DNA of 40,544 nucleotides from Paramoeba atlantica (taxonomy: Eukaryota > Protista > Discosea). The stretch spans positions 1 to 40,544 of the forward strand of contig CDRNVI010000213.1 of assembly GCA_977017575.1 (NCBI GenBank), read 5' to 3'. Under the pieces are notes generated by a model. That model was given only the letters and a program-made list of their open reading frames with translations, did no database searches and was not told the origin of the DNA. The position numbers and the translations under genes were made by a program. Of the stretch, positions 11,490 to 24,311 are shown piece after piece. Position 1 is the stretch's first letter. Every line of letters begins with the position of its first letter.

Positions 11490-12270
11490 TTGTTTTCACT
11501 TCCAACCCCCAACAACAAAAAAAAGAAACAACTTTTGAAAAGAGAACAAAAACACAATAAAATAGATGAAGATCTCTGTGAACAATAAATAATCAATAAC
11601 CACACACAAAAACAAAAAAAAAGAAGATTCAAAAAATAAAAATAAAAACCTTTTCTCAAAATTGAAAAAACTCAAAAAAAGGTCAACAAAGATCTCTCCA
11701 AACAAATCCAACAACAACAAAGAATGGTAAAAAAAACACTCTCTCTCTCTCCAAAAAAAAAAGAAGACAAAAAACTAGCAGTAGAAGAGAGAGAGACAAG
11801 AAAACGAAAATGTGGAGAGAGACTCCTCCTAAATCACAACTCACAACACCCCCACACACAAAAGAAAGCCTGAATAATTTCATCAAAAGAGAGAAAAACT
11901 CTGTCAGCAAAAAGAGGCTAGAGAAAAGAGAAGAGAGGAAGAGGAAAGAAAGATAAAAACGAAAATGAAAAGAGGAGAAAGGGACAAAAAATATGGACAA
12001 AAAAAAGCAAAAAGAAAATTTTGAAGAAAATCAAACCCCGACCAAAATCAGAACCAAAAAATGAAACGTCCAAAAATGAAACACAAAGAGAAAAGGGTGG
12101 AGCCCAAAACAAAAAATTGAAGAAGAAGAGACGGAAGAAGAGACGAAGAACAAAAACGAGAGGGAAGAAAAGGAAACAGAAAAAAAGAAAAAAGAGAGAG
12201 AACAAAAGAACAAGAGAGACAAAGAAAGAAGAAAAACAGAAAAAAAGAGAAAAAAAGGAAGGGTACGAAA

Positions 12271-12297
12271 AGAGGATTCAAAACTTTTTAAACCTCT
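12271..12297. promoter_or_regulatory. Conserved 27-bp spacer motif, occurrence 1 (between divergent copies 3 and 4)
   Basis: AGAGGATTCAAAACTTTTTAAACCTCT. The 19-nt core GATTCAAAACTTTTTAAAC is identical in five head-to-head spacers. Function is inferred only. Confidence 0.45.
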
Positions 12298-13132
12298 GAA
12301 AAAAATATCACAAAAACACACCAAAAACTTTTTCTTTTTCGTTTTTCCCTCTCCTCTCTTCTCTCTCTTCTCTCTTCCTCTCTCTTTTCTCTCTTCTCTT
12401 TCTCTCTCTTTTCTCTCTTCTCTCTTCTCTCGTATTGGGTCTCCTTCTCCTGTGTTTGTAAAAATCTCAGAGACCATTTTTCGTTTGAATCTCTTGATTG
12501 ATTGATTCTTTTTTTTGTCCCTTTCCTTCTTGAGACGGAGTTTGTTTTTGTACTCTCTCTTCTTTGTCTCTCTTCTTTGTCTCTTCTCTTGGTTCTTTGT
12601 CTCTTTGCCTTTTGAAGAGAATGTTTGTTTTTTGTTTTTTGTTGTTGATTTTGTTTTTTGATTTCTCTTTTTGGATTCTTGTTTTGTTTTCTTTTAAAAC
12701 TTTCCATTTTCTTTGTCTTCCATTTTTATATTTTTTCTTCTTGCATTGAAATCTCATCTCATCTTTTGATCTTCTTTCATCTCTCTTTCAAATTAAACAG
12801 AAACATCTCTTTCAACAAAACACATTCACACAACAAACACCACTCTCTTCTCTCTATCTCGAATTGTAGGGGTGTGGTTTGGTTTATTATTTCTTTTTTC
12901 TTCCTTCATTTTCCTTTCCTTTCTTGTTCTTTATTTCTTTCTTTCTTTCCTTTCTTCCATTTCTTTTGATTGTGACTTCTAAAATGATATAAACACAGAG
13001 AAATCATCCTCTTATATTTTCAAACTCTCCACCCACACACACACTTGAACTTCTCAACAACTCTCATTGACTATTTGATTCGAAAAGGTGTTGTTTTGAT
13101 TTGGAGAGAGAGAGATTAAAAAAGAAGATAAA

Positions 13133-15426
13133 ATGAGTGATCAAAGAGGAAAGAGAAAGAGAAAAGTGGTGCGAAGTGGGAGTGAGGAGGAGGGGAAAAG
13201 AAAAACAAAGAGAGGAAAGGAAGAACAAAGTAAGCTTGATGATGTTGTTGTGGTTGGGGAGAATGATGAAATAGAACAGCGAAGAAGAAGTGAGGATGTT
13301 CTTGGAAAAGAAGAAGAAGAAGAAGAAAGAGAAAGAGAAGGAGTGGTGATGAAAAGAAGAAGAAGAGAAGAAGAAGAGAAAAAGAAAAGATTTGAATGTG
13401 GAATATGTTTGGAGTTGATGAATTGGGAAAAAGAACCAAGGTTGTTACCTTGTTGTGATCTTTCTTTTTGTACTCTTTGTCTTAGCAATCTCTTTCTTCT
13501 TCAAAATCCTCCTTCCTCCTCTTCCTCTTCTTCTTCCTCTTCTTCTTCTTCTTCCTCTTCCTCTTCTTCTTCCTCTTTGAAAGGAGTGAAATGTCCAGTT
13601 TGTCGAGAAATGAACGAATGTGAAAGCATTGAAACACTTTCGATGAATTATTTGATTCCAGAAACGATTGATGTTCTTCTTTCTTCAAATTTGATCTCTT
13701 TCTCCCAACAATCAACTTCAGGTTTTTTCTTTTTCCTCCAACGATTTTTTTTTGGATTTTTTTCTTTTTTTTTTCTTTTTTTTTACTCTTGCCATTTTTT
13801 TTTTTGAGAAAAAGTTATTTCACCTTCACTGACTTAGTTTTTCGTTTTTATCAACAAAAAAACAAAGCAGGAGAAGTCGTTCAAAGATGTGTGAATTTTG
13901 AAACATGCAGAGAACAAACTCAAATGTATTGTTCTGATTGTAAAGTGTTTATTTGTGATTCTTGTGATCCATCTCACACTTCAACTATTTTCTCTCGAAA
14001 TCACAAACGATCTGAAAGAGATGGTGTTGAGGGAGGTGGAAGAAGAAGAAGATTGGAGGAGGAGGGGGTGGTGGGAGTGATGGGATTGGAGAATTTGAAG
14101 AAGAGAGAATGTTCAAAACATCCATCTGAAACAATTTGGGGATATTGTTTTCAATGTTCTTCTTTTGTTTGTACTCGTTGTATTCTTCAAACACATAATG
14201 ATCACAATGAGAAAGTGAAATCAATTGAAGAAAGTATTTTAGAGAAAAGGAATGAAGTTGTAAAGATTGGAGATAAATTGGAGAGAAGATTGATTTTGAT
14301 TGAAAAGAAAAGAAAAAGGATTGAAGAAGAAATGAAAGAATTAGAAGAGAAATTAGAAAAGAAAAGAATTGAAAAGAAAGAAATAGAATTAGAGAAAGAA
14401 GATTTAAGAATAAGAAAAGATTCAATCATTCGTTTATCCAACACACCAACAACAACAACAACAACAACTGATTGTGATATTTCTCTCTTTTTTGATGATC
14501 AACTTTTTTCAACTCTTCTTCAAACTGCAAATGATATTGTTTTTGAAGGAGGTGTTGTTGGATTCCTCAAACCAAAGAAAGGAGTGATTTGTTGTGATGG
14601 TGGTGGTGATTCTTTTCGTTTAGTTTCTTCTTTTCCTTTGGAGAATGAACCTTATGGAGTGAGTGTGAACAGTGATGGGAATATTTTTGTTTGTGGGTGG
14701 GTTGGATTGAGAGTGAGAGATAAAGAAGGAAATGAGATGATTGAATCAACAATTCAGAAAACAATTGATTCACTTCATTTGAAACCTGTTGATGTTTCAA
14801 TTGGATTGGATGATCAAATTGTTGTTCTTGATTGTTCTCAAAAATGTCGGAGAGTTGTAATCTTAAACAAAGAAGGAGAATTGATCAAATCTTTTGGATC
14901 ATATGGTGGTGGAGATGGTCAATTTTATGATCCATATGGTGTGGATGTAGATGAAGAAGGTCGAATTATTGTTGCTGATACTTTGAATCATCGAATTCAA
15001 GTGTTTGATAATGATGGATCTTTTCTTCGTTCTTTTGGTTCGTATGGTTCTTCTGAAGGTCAATTTAATGAACCAAATTATGTTGTAGTTGATAGAGATG
15101 GGAATATTGTGATTTCTGATACTTGGAATCATCGAATTCAAGTGATGGATATTGAAGGGAATTTTATTCGATGTTTTGGAACAAGAGATTCAGGTGATTC
15201 TCAATTCGATCGTCCACAAGGTGTTGATGTGGATGGGGAAGGTAGAATTGTTGTTTGTGATTCAGAAAATGGAAGAGTGAGTGTATTTGAGAAAGATGGA
15301 ACATTTCTTTTTTCATTTGGTGAATATCACATGAAAGATCCTTATGAGGTTGTTGTTGATTCATTTGGATCAATTATTATTTCTGATTGGGAGAAGAAGT
15401 CAATTGATTTTTGGAAATCGTTTTGA
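13133..15426 (+). CDS. TRIM-NHL copy 4, intact, exons 13133..13721 and 13871..15426, 714 aa
   Basis: 149-nt phase-1 intron 13722..13870 with an ACTGAC branch-like site. Continuous frame through RING, two B-boxes, coiled coil and NHL repeats. Confidence 0.9.
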
Positions 15427-15779
15427 AGAGAGGGGGAGGGAAGAGGGTTTGTTTTTTTTTTCATTTTCTTTTGTGAGTGTTTCTTTGTTTCTTTGTTTCT
15501 TTTTTTCTTTTTTTCTTTTTGGTTTGTTTTATTTTTTGTGTCAATTTATTATTTTGTTCTTTTTGTTTTCCTTTTTTTCTGTTTTGGAAGAAATTAATTT
15601 CTTTTTTCCCTTCCTCTCCTCCCTTCCTCCTTTTAGTCTGGAGAACTGCACGGTCTTCTTCTTTCCAAATCAGCATTCTTCTTCAATTTCGATTCGATTT
15701 TTATCCTTCTTCAAAAATTTTTCTCAATTTTTTGCTTCCCCTCATTTGTGTTTTTTTTGTTGTGTGTTGAGTTAGTGAA

Positions 15780-16045
15780 ATTCTCTCTTCTTCCTCCACC
15801 ACCTCCTCCTCTTCCTCTTCCTCTTTCTCTTTCTCTCTCACTTCTTTCCCTTCCTCTCCTCCTCCACCCTTGCTTTTCTGTCCCCCTCTTCTTCCTCCAC
15901 CACCCTCTTCCTCCCCTCCCCCCTCTTCCTCTTCACCCCCTTCTCCTCTTCCTCAACTCTTCCCTCTTCTTCTTCTGCCTCATCAATCCCAAATCCCACC
16001 CTCTCTCCTTTCCCCTCCCCCCTCCATCCTCCACATCCCCCCCTT
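15780..16045. repeat. C-rich pyrimidine block paralogous to 8700..8915
   Basis: Shared anchors GTTGAGTTAGTGAAATTC and AATCCCAAATCCCACC. Part of a roughly 600-bp 3' flank shared by copies 2 and 4. Confidence 0.8.
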
Positions 16046-16060
16046 CCTGAGGGGAAGAAG

Positions 16061-16860
16061 GTGGTGGAGGTGGAGATGGGTGATATGCCTCTCTCAGAAA
16101 GACAGTGGCACGGAACATGTGGATTGTGGGTTGTGTTTTCCACTGAACACCTCATCAACTTTCAGACCAGAACCTCCCACTCCCCTCCTAACCTCAATTT
16201 TTCAGAACCTCCAACTTGTTTCCCTTTACTTATTACACCCACCCTCCTACTTCTTTTCATCCAACCTCATCTCACGAAAGTGTGGGATGAAGCTTTTGGA
16301 GATCCAAGCATATCCCTTTCCCCTTTCCTTTTTTCTTTTTTCCTTTGTTTTTTCTGATAAATTCTTTTTTTCTCTGTATTGATGTCCGAGTTACTTCAGC
16401 CCATAAGACTCCTCTCTTCCCATGTCTGATACAAGTTCCCAACGGCAGAACCCACTCAGATCCAGCACTGCACACCATGCAAGAATTTCAAAACACCACG
16501 AATATGTACAGTCTTGGGGGGAGGCGGATTTGGATGGAGGAAACATTGACAAAACTCCTGAGGAGCAGCGAACCCTGAAGCAGATTATCTTATCCGACAT
16601 ACAAGGGGATGTTGTCTTTCTCCCAGCAGCCTCTTCTTCTGGTGGTGGTGTCTCCCCTGATATCTCCTCCCTTCTCAAATCACTTGCTTCAATCGCTCTA
16701 CAGAACGGAAAGGTCTTGGACAGCAATCCATTGCAGCTTTTCTTGAAGACAGCAAAGAGGAAAATATCAGCTGCTTTGATGAAGGCAATGGCCGTCCACA
16801 TGCCCAAGGTGCGAGGGGCATTAACCCCAGCAGATTCGAGTTTGCGACATCACTCTTTCT
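16061..16860 (+). mobile_element. Decayed 3' portion of an RLE-type non-LTR retrotransposon (zinc knuckle plus restriction-like endonuclease region); no RT present
   Basis: Across three frames and in the expected order: TCGLWVVFSTEHLINF (degenerate CCHC knuckle), EP, QPHL (RPDL-like), IDVRVTS (DVTV-like), AHHARISKHHEY (AxxaExxKxxKY-like), FLPAASSSGGGVSPDISSLLKSLA and KISAALMKAMA (CRE-like C-terminal helix). GC is higher than in the flanks and an A-rich run follows. Recognised by eye, not by search. Confidence 0.55.
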
Positions 16861-17234
16861 CTTTCACCCCCCAAAAAAAAGAAAGGAAAAAAAAAGTTGT
16901 TTTTAAGTTTTCCTTAAGTATTCAAAATGATCAAAAAAAGAAGAGGAAGAAGGATGAGAAGGTCAAAAAACACAAACAGAGGAAAAGCAAAATTGAGAAA
17001 TTGTTTTTGAAGAAGATGATGATTGAGAAGGATAAAAATGGAATCGAAATTGAAGCGTGATGATTGGGAAGAAGAACACCACACGGTATCTGTGAGACTA
17101 AAGGAAGAGAGAGTAAAAAAATCAATTTGTTCGATTAATTTCCTCCAAAAACAAGAATAAAATGAAAAAAGAAAAAAAAAACGAACCCTTTCCTCCTCTT
17201 CTCTAACATTTTAAAAACCTCTATCTCTTCAAAA

Positions 17235-19481
17235 TTATTTCCAAAATTCAATTGACTTTTTCGAAAAATCTGAAATAATAATTGTTCCAAATGGATCAAT
17301 AACAACCCCATAAGGTTCAACCATGTGATGTTTACCAAATGAAAAAAGAAATGTTCCATCTTTCTCAAATACACTCACTCTTCCTCCATCAGAAACAACA
17401 ATTCTACCTTCCCCATCCACATCAACACCTCTTGGACAATCGAATTGAGAATCACCTGAACCACATGTTCCAAAACATCGAATAAAATTCCCTTCAATAT
17501 CCATCACTTGAATCCGATGATTCCGAGTATCAGAAACAACAATATTCCCATCTCTATCAACTACAACATTGTTTGGGTAATGAAATTGGCCTTCAGAAGA
17601 ACCTTCTGAACCAAAAGAACGAAGAAAAGATCCATCATTATCAAACACTTGAATTCGATGATTGTAAGTATCACAAACAATAATTCGACCTTCTTCATCC
17701 ATATCTACACCATTCGGAATATTAAACTGACTATCTTCAGAACCATTTGATCCAAAAGATTTGATCAATTCTCCTTCTTCATTTAAGATTACAACTCCAT
17801 AACGATCTTGAGACCAATCAAGAAGAACAATTTGATCATTCAATCCAATTGAAACATCAACAGGTTCCAATTGAAGTGAATCAATTGTTTTCTGAATTGT
17901 TGATTCAATCATCTCATTTCCTTCTTTATCTCTCACTCTCAATCCATCGAGATATTCACAAATAAATATATTCCCATCACTGTTCACACTCACTCCAAAA
18001 GGTTCATTCTCTAAAGGAAATGAAGAAACAAAACGAAAAGAATCACCACCACCATCACAACAAATCACTCCTTTCTTTGATTTTAATCCAACCACAGAAA
18101 CAATATCATTTGCAGTTTGAAGAAGAGTTGAAAAAAGTTGATCATCAAAAAAGAGAGAAATATCACAATCAGTTGTTGTTGTTGTTGTTGTTGGTGTGTT
18201 GGATAAACGAATAATGGAATCTTTTCTTATTCTCAAATCTTCTTTCTCCAATTCTATTTCTTTCTTTTCAATTCTTTTCTTTTCTAATTTCTCTTCTAAT
18301 TCTTTCATTTCTTCTTCAATCCTTTTTCTTTTCTCTTCAATCAAAATCAATCTTCTCTCCAATCTATCTCCAATCTTTAAAACTTCATCCCTTTTCTCTA
18401 AAATACTTTCTTCACTTTCTCATTGTGTTGAACATGTGTTTCAAGAATACAACAAACACAAACAAAAGAAGAACATTGAAAACAATATCCACTGATTGTT
18501 TCAGATGGGTGTTTTGAACATTCTCTCTTCTTCAAATTCTCCAGTCCCACTCCCACCACCCCTCCCTCCTCTTCCAATCTTCTTCTTCCACCTCTTCCCT
18601 CAACGCCATCTCTTTCAGATCGTTTGTGATTTCGAGAGAAAACAGTTGAAGTGTGAGATGGATCACAAGAATCACAAATAAACATGTTGCAAAGAGGGCA
18701 AAACATTCGAGTTCGTTCTCCACACGTTCCGAAATTCGCACATTCTGATCCATCTCCTGTTGTTTTGTTTTTTCAACTTTGAAATCACTTTCTCTCAAAA
18801 AAAGAAAGAAAAAAAAAGTGAGAGTTCAAAAAAAGAAACAAAGAAAGAAAACCTGGTTGGTGGGAGAAAGAGATCAAATTTGAAGAAAGAAGAACATCAA
18901 TTGTTTCTGGAATCAAATAATTCATCGAAAGTGCTTCAACGCTTTCACATTCGTTCATTTCTCTACAAATTGGACATTTCACTCCTTTCAAAGAAGAAGT
19001 GGGAGAGGGAGAAGGGGAAGAAGAAGAAGAAGAGGAAGAAGAAGAAGGATTTTGAAGAAGAAAGAGGTTGTTGAGACAAAGAGAACAAAAAGAAAGACCA
19101 CAACAAACAACAAGGTAACAACCTTGGTTCTTTTTCCCAACTCATCAATTCCAAACATATTCCACATTCAAATCTTTTCTTTTTCTCTTCTTCTTCCTTT
19201 CTTCTTTTTTTCATCATCTCTTCTTCTCTTTCTCTTTCTCTTTCTTCCTCTCCTTCTCCTTCATTTTGTCCCACTTGTTGTTCTCTCTTTCCAAGAACAT
19301 CCTCATTTCTTCTTTCTCTTTGTTCTTTTTCACCAACATTGTCATCTTCAATTCCAACAACAACATCAACAACATTTTTTTTCTCTTCCTTTCCTCTTTT
19401 GGTTTTTCTCTTTTTCTCACTTTCTAATTCTGTTCCTTGTTCTTCTCCTCCTCTTTTTCTCTTTCCTCTTTTTTCACTCAT
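17235..19481 (-). pseudogene. TRIM-NHL copy 5, exons 19481..18853 and 18756..17235, two frameshifts
   Basis: A 7-nt tandem duplication (ACAACAA x2, 19100-19113) lies in the RING. A 10-nt deletion between TGAA microhomologies lies near 18412, at the start of the coiled coil. Intron 18757..18852. Confidence 0.88.
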
Positions 19482-20234
19482 TTTGTCTCTCTGTGTGGGG
19501 AAAAGAAATCAATCAACAAAAAAAGAAAGAAAAGAAAAGAAAAAAACAAACATTCTCTTCACCAAAGTTGAGAAAACAAAGATCAAAGACAAAGAACAAA
19601 CAAAAACACCTTCCCAACAGAATGAACTCAAAAGAGATAGAGTGCAAGAGTGCGAGAGAAGAGGATCAACAATCAAGAAAATCGAGAAAAAGGTTTCTGA
19701 CAATTTTTCAATAAATTGAGATAAAAAAAAGAATAAAGAAGAAAAATGAAAATACAAACATCTCTCTCAAAAAAGTCAGGGAAAGGGTTTTTTGTTTTCA
19801 AAGAAAGAAAGAGAAGAGAAAAGAGTCCTCTCCCCCAAAAACAAAAAAGAAAACACCGATTCTTAGAGAATGTCCTCCAAAAAGAGAGAGAGAAAGAAAG
19901 AGGTCTGACAATTTTTTTTTTCAAAAATGGAGCAAAAAAAAGAGAAAAAAGAAAATAAAAAATACAAACCACTCCCTCAAAAAGTCAAGAAAGTATTCTT
20001 TGGCAAAGGAGAAGAAAAAGAAAGAGAAAAATCCAAACAAAAATATGAGAGAACGAGATCCCAAAAAACCTCAAAAAGAAGAAGAAAGACAAAACAACAC
20101 AACCCCAAAAAAGAGAGGCACAAGAAACGAAATGAGAGAGAAGAGAGAAGAGAGAGAAGAGAGAAGAGGGAGAAGAGAGAGGAGAGGGAAAAACGAAAAA
20201 AAAGTTTTTGGTGTGTTTTTGTGATATTTTTTTC

Positions 20235-20261
20235 AGAGGTTTAAAAAGTTTTGAATCCTCT
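20235..20261. promoter_or_regulatory. Conserved 27-bp spacer motif, occurrence 2 (between copy 5 and fragment 6)
   Basis: AGAGGTTTAAAAAGTTTTGAATCCTCT, the reverse complement of occurrence 1. Confidence 0.45.
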
Positions 20262-20411
20262 TTTCATACCCTTCCTTTTTTTCTCTTTTTTTCTGTTTTT
20301 CTTCTTTCTTTGTCTTGTTCTTCTTTCTTTGTCTTTTTCTTGGTCTCTCGTTCTTCTTTCTTTCTCGTCTTTCTGTTGGTTCTCTCTCTCTCTTCTAAGA
20401 GTTGAAAGAAA

Positions 20412-21347
20412 ACAACTGACTCTGATCTTCCTCTTTTTTTTTGATGATCAACTTTTTTCAACTCTTCTTCAAACTGCAACTGATATTATTTCTGAAGCTG
20501 GATTACTCAAACCAAAGAAAGGAGTGATTTGTTGTGATGGTGGTGGTGATTCATCTCGTTTCGTTTCTTCTTTTCCTTTGAAGCAAGAAGTTTTAGGAGT
20601 GAGTGTGAACAGTGATGGGAATATTTTTGTTTGTGAAGGACCGCGTGGATTGAAAGTGAGAGATAAAGAAGGAAATGAGATGATTGAATCAACAATTCAG
20701 AAAACAATTGACTCACTTCAGTTGGAACCTGTTGATGTTTCAATTGGATTGAATGATCAAATTGTTGTTCTTGATCATTCTCAAGATTCTTGGAGAGTTG
20801 TAATCTTAAACAAAGAAGGAGAATTGATCAAATCTTTTGGATCAAGTGGTTCTAAAGATGGTCAGTTTAATGGACCGTGTGGGGTGGGTGTGGATGAAGA
20901 AGGGAGAATTATTGTTGCTGATACTTGCAACCATCGAATTGAAGTGTTTGATAATGATGGATCTATTCTTCGTTCTTTTGGTTCATTTGGTTCTTCTGAA
21001 GGTCAATTTGACCAACCAAACAGCGTCGGAGTTGATAGAGATGGGAATATTGTTATTTGTGACAGTTGGAATCATCGGATTCAAGTGATGGATATTGAAG
21101 GGAATTTTATTCGATGCTTTGGAACAAGAGGTTCAGGTGTTTCTCAATTAAAGTCTCCAAAAAGTGTTGATGTGGATGGGGAAGGTAGAATTGTTGTTTG
21201 TGATTCAGGAAATGAAAGAGTGAGTGTGTTTGAGAAAGATGGAACATTTCTTTTTTCATTTGGTAAACCTCATGTGGTGTTATTGATTCATTTGGATCGA
21301 TTCTTGTTTCAGATTGGCGGAAAAAGTCAATTGAATTGTGGAAATAA
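20412..21347 (+). pseudogene. TRIM-NHL copy 6, NHL-only fragment lacking RING, B-boxes and coiled coil
   Basis: Homology begins at the Thr hinge (ACAACTGAC...FFDDQLFSTLLQ) after unrelated low-complexity DNA. A deletion/frameshift near 21268-21278 disrupts the last blade. The ancestral stop TAA is at 21345-21347. Confidence 0.85.
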
Positions 21348-21800
21348 TTTTTCAGAGAGGTTTGTTTCCATTTTCTTTTCTCTTTTTTGATTTTCTTTTG
21401 TTTTTTTTGTCATTTTTATTTTTATTTCTTATTTTGTTTCCTTTTTTCTGATTTTGGAAAAAGAAAGAATCTAATTTTTCCATCCTCCCCTCTCTCCCTT
21501 CTTTTTTATTTTAGTCTCTGGGTGTGGTGGTCTCAATCATCTTCTTCAATTTCGATCTTCGCACTTTCCTTCATTTCTCGGTTCTGGGACAATCTTCTCA
21601 TTTTTGTTGTGTCTCTCATTTGACAGAACCAAGAGATTAAAAAAAAAATATTTTAGTTTTGTTGTCTTGCAAATATATATTTTGTTTTTTGTCTTTTGTC
21701 GATTTTTGTTGGGGTTTCCCTTGGGAGACGAGTTCAAAAGAGACAGAATAAGAATGAAAACAAGACCGAAAGAGCGCCCCAATGGATTGGGAAGAAACCA

Positions 21801-24010
21801 TTATTTCCACCATTCAATTACTTTTTTCTCCTTGTCAACAACAATAATGGACCCAAAAGAATCAACAACAATCCCACGAGGATACTTCATATGATGTTTA
21901 CCAAATGAAAAAAGAAATGTTCCATCCTTCTCAAACACACTCACTCTTTCATTTTTCCATTCAGAAACAACAATTCTACCTTCCCCATCCACAGCAACAC
22001 TTCTTGGACACTCCAATTGAGAATTACCTGAACCTCTTGTTCCAAAACATCGAATAAAATTCCCTTCAATATCCATCACTTGAATCCGATGATTCCAATA
22101 ATCACAAATAACAATATTCCCATCCCCATCAACTGTAACAGCATAAGGTTTGTTAAACCGACCTTCAGAAGAACCTTTCGAACCAAAAGAACGAAGAAAA
22201 GATCCATCATTATCAAACACTTGAATTCGATTATTGAAAGTATCCGCAACAATAATTCGACCTTCTTCATCTACCTCAACTCCCCATGGTCCATTAAATT
22301 GACCATTTTGAAAACCATGTGATCCGAAAGATTTGATCAATTCTCCTTCTTTGTTCAATATTACAACTCTCCTTCTCGATTTTGACCAATCAAGAACAAC
22401 AATTTGATCATTCAATCCAATTGAAACATCAATAGGTTCCAATTCAAGTGAATCAATTGTTTTCTGAATTGTTTCAATCGTGTTCCCTTCTTTATCTCTC
22501 ACTCTCAATCCATCATTTTCACAAATAAAAAAAACCCCATCTCTGTTCACACTCACTCCAAAAGGGGATTCATTCAAAGGAAAAGAAGAAATAAAACGAA
22601 AAGAATCACCACCACCATCACAACAAATCACTCCTTTCTTTGGTTTTGAGAATAATCCAACTTCAGAAAGAATATCATTCGCAGTTTGAAGAAGAATCGA
22701 AAAAAGTTGGTCATCAAAAAAAAGAGAAGGATTAGTTGTTGTTGGTGTGTTGGATAAACGAATAATTGAATCTTTTCTTATTCTCAAATCTTCTTTCTCC
22801 AATTCTATTTCTTTCTTTTCAATTCTTTTCTTTTCTAATTTCTCTTCTAATTCTTTCATTTCTTCTTCAATCCTTTTTCTTTTTTCTTCAATCACAATCA
22901 ATCTTCGGTCCAATCTATCTCCAATCTCCACAACTTCATCCCTTTTCTTCAATACACTCTCTTCAATTGATTTCACTTTCTCTTTGTGTTTAACATGAGT
23001 TTCAAGAATACAACGAATACAAACAAAAAGAGAACATTGAAAACAATATCCACTGATTGTTTCAGATGGGTGTTTTGGACATTCTTTCATCAACTCATTC
23101 CATCTCTCATCACTCCCATCTCTCCCATCAGTCCTTGAAAAGTTGATCTTGGTTCGTTGTTCACGTTTGTGATTTCGAGAGAAAATAGAAGAAGTGTGAG
23201 ATGGATCACAGGAATCACAGATAAACATATTACAATTGGGGCAGAACATTTCAGTTCGTTCTCCACACGTTTCAAAATTCGCACATTCTGATTCATCTCC
23301 TGTTTTTTTATGTTTTTCAATCAAAACTGAATTTGAGAAAAGAAGAAAAAAGGGAAAATGAAAAAAAAAAAAAAGGAACCTGGTTGGGATAAAGAGATCA
23401 AATTTGAAGAAAGAAGAACATCAATCGTTTCCGGAATTAAGTAATTCATCACAAATATCTCAATGCTTTCACATTCGTTCATTTCTCTACAAACTGGACA
23501 TTTCACACCTTTCAAAGAGGATGAAGAAGACGAAGAGGAAGAGGGAGATGGAGGGGAAGAAGAGGAAGAAGAGGAAGAAGAGGAAGGATTTTGAAGAAGA
23601 AAGAGTTTGTGGAGACAAAGAGTACAAAAAGAAAGACCACAACAAGGTAACAACCTTGGTTCTTTTTCCCAACTCATCAATTCCAAACATATTCCACATT
23701 CAAATCTTTTCTTTTTCTCTTCTTCTTCCTTTCTCCTCTTCACCACTACTTCTTCTCTTTCTCTTTCTCCTTCTCCTTCTCCTTCATTTCCTCCCACTTC
23801 TTGTTCTCTCTTTCCAAGAATATCCTCAATTCTTCTTTCTCTTTGTTCAATTTTATCATCCTCTTCTTCAATCACATCAACATCAACAACATCACAATCT
23901 GTTGTTTGATCTCTTCGTTCTTTTTCATCATCACTTTTTCTTTCAATTTTTCTTTTCTTTCCCTCACTCTCACTTTCGACTCCTTCTCTCTTTCTCTTTC
24001 CCTCACTCAT
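21801..24010 (-). CDS. TRIM-NHL copy 7, intact, exons 24010..23380 and 23299..21801, 709 aa
   Basis: 80-nt phase-1 intron 23300..23379. All domains are in one frame. Confidence 0.9.
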
Positions 24011-24311
24011 TCAGATATCAACAAAAAAAGATCTGAATCAAGAATTGTTGTTGGTAAGAAAAGAGAAGAAAAAACATATGAAAAGAAAAATACAAACATC
24101 AGAAACAAAGAATCAAGAGAAGGGGGATAATTTTGTGGGAGAAAAAGCTCGTCGAGTCGAGAATAAAGAAGCGGTCAAAAAAAAAGAAGAAAAAACCAAA
24201 CTCTTGGAGAAGAGAAAAGTGAAAAAAGCAAACAAAAAAAAGAGCCATTGGCCATTTTTTAGAGTTCTTTTTTTAGCTTTTTTCTATTTCTTTTTCTGTT
24301 TGTTTTTTCAA

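Noticed and set aside
12271-12300. Conserved motif as a C/D snoRNA end (CTGA), a Helitron terminus, or a peptide C-terminus (IQNFLNx*)
   Set aside because: No box C is found upstream, the hairpin is AT-rich and not followed by CTRR then T, and upstream frames are not conserved. Kept only as an unexplained motif.
18398-19113. +7 and -10 indels in copy 5 as compensating frameshifts (net -3)
   Set aside because: The shifted frame hits a stop at 18963-18965, well before the second indel, so the frame is not rescued.
20251-20411. Hydrophobic N-terminus of ORF 20251..21390 as a signal peptide or TM anchor on an NHL protein
   Set aside because: It starts at TTG inside the non-coding motif and is just the pyrimidine-rich spacer read in frame; the same text occurs upstream of non-coding regions at 12048..12281 and 35578 onward.
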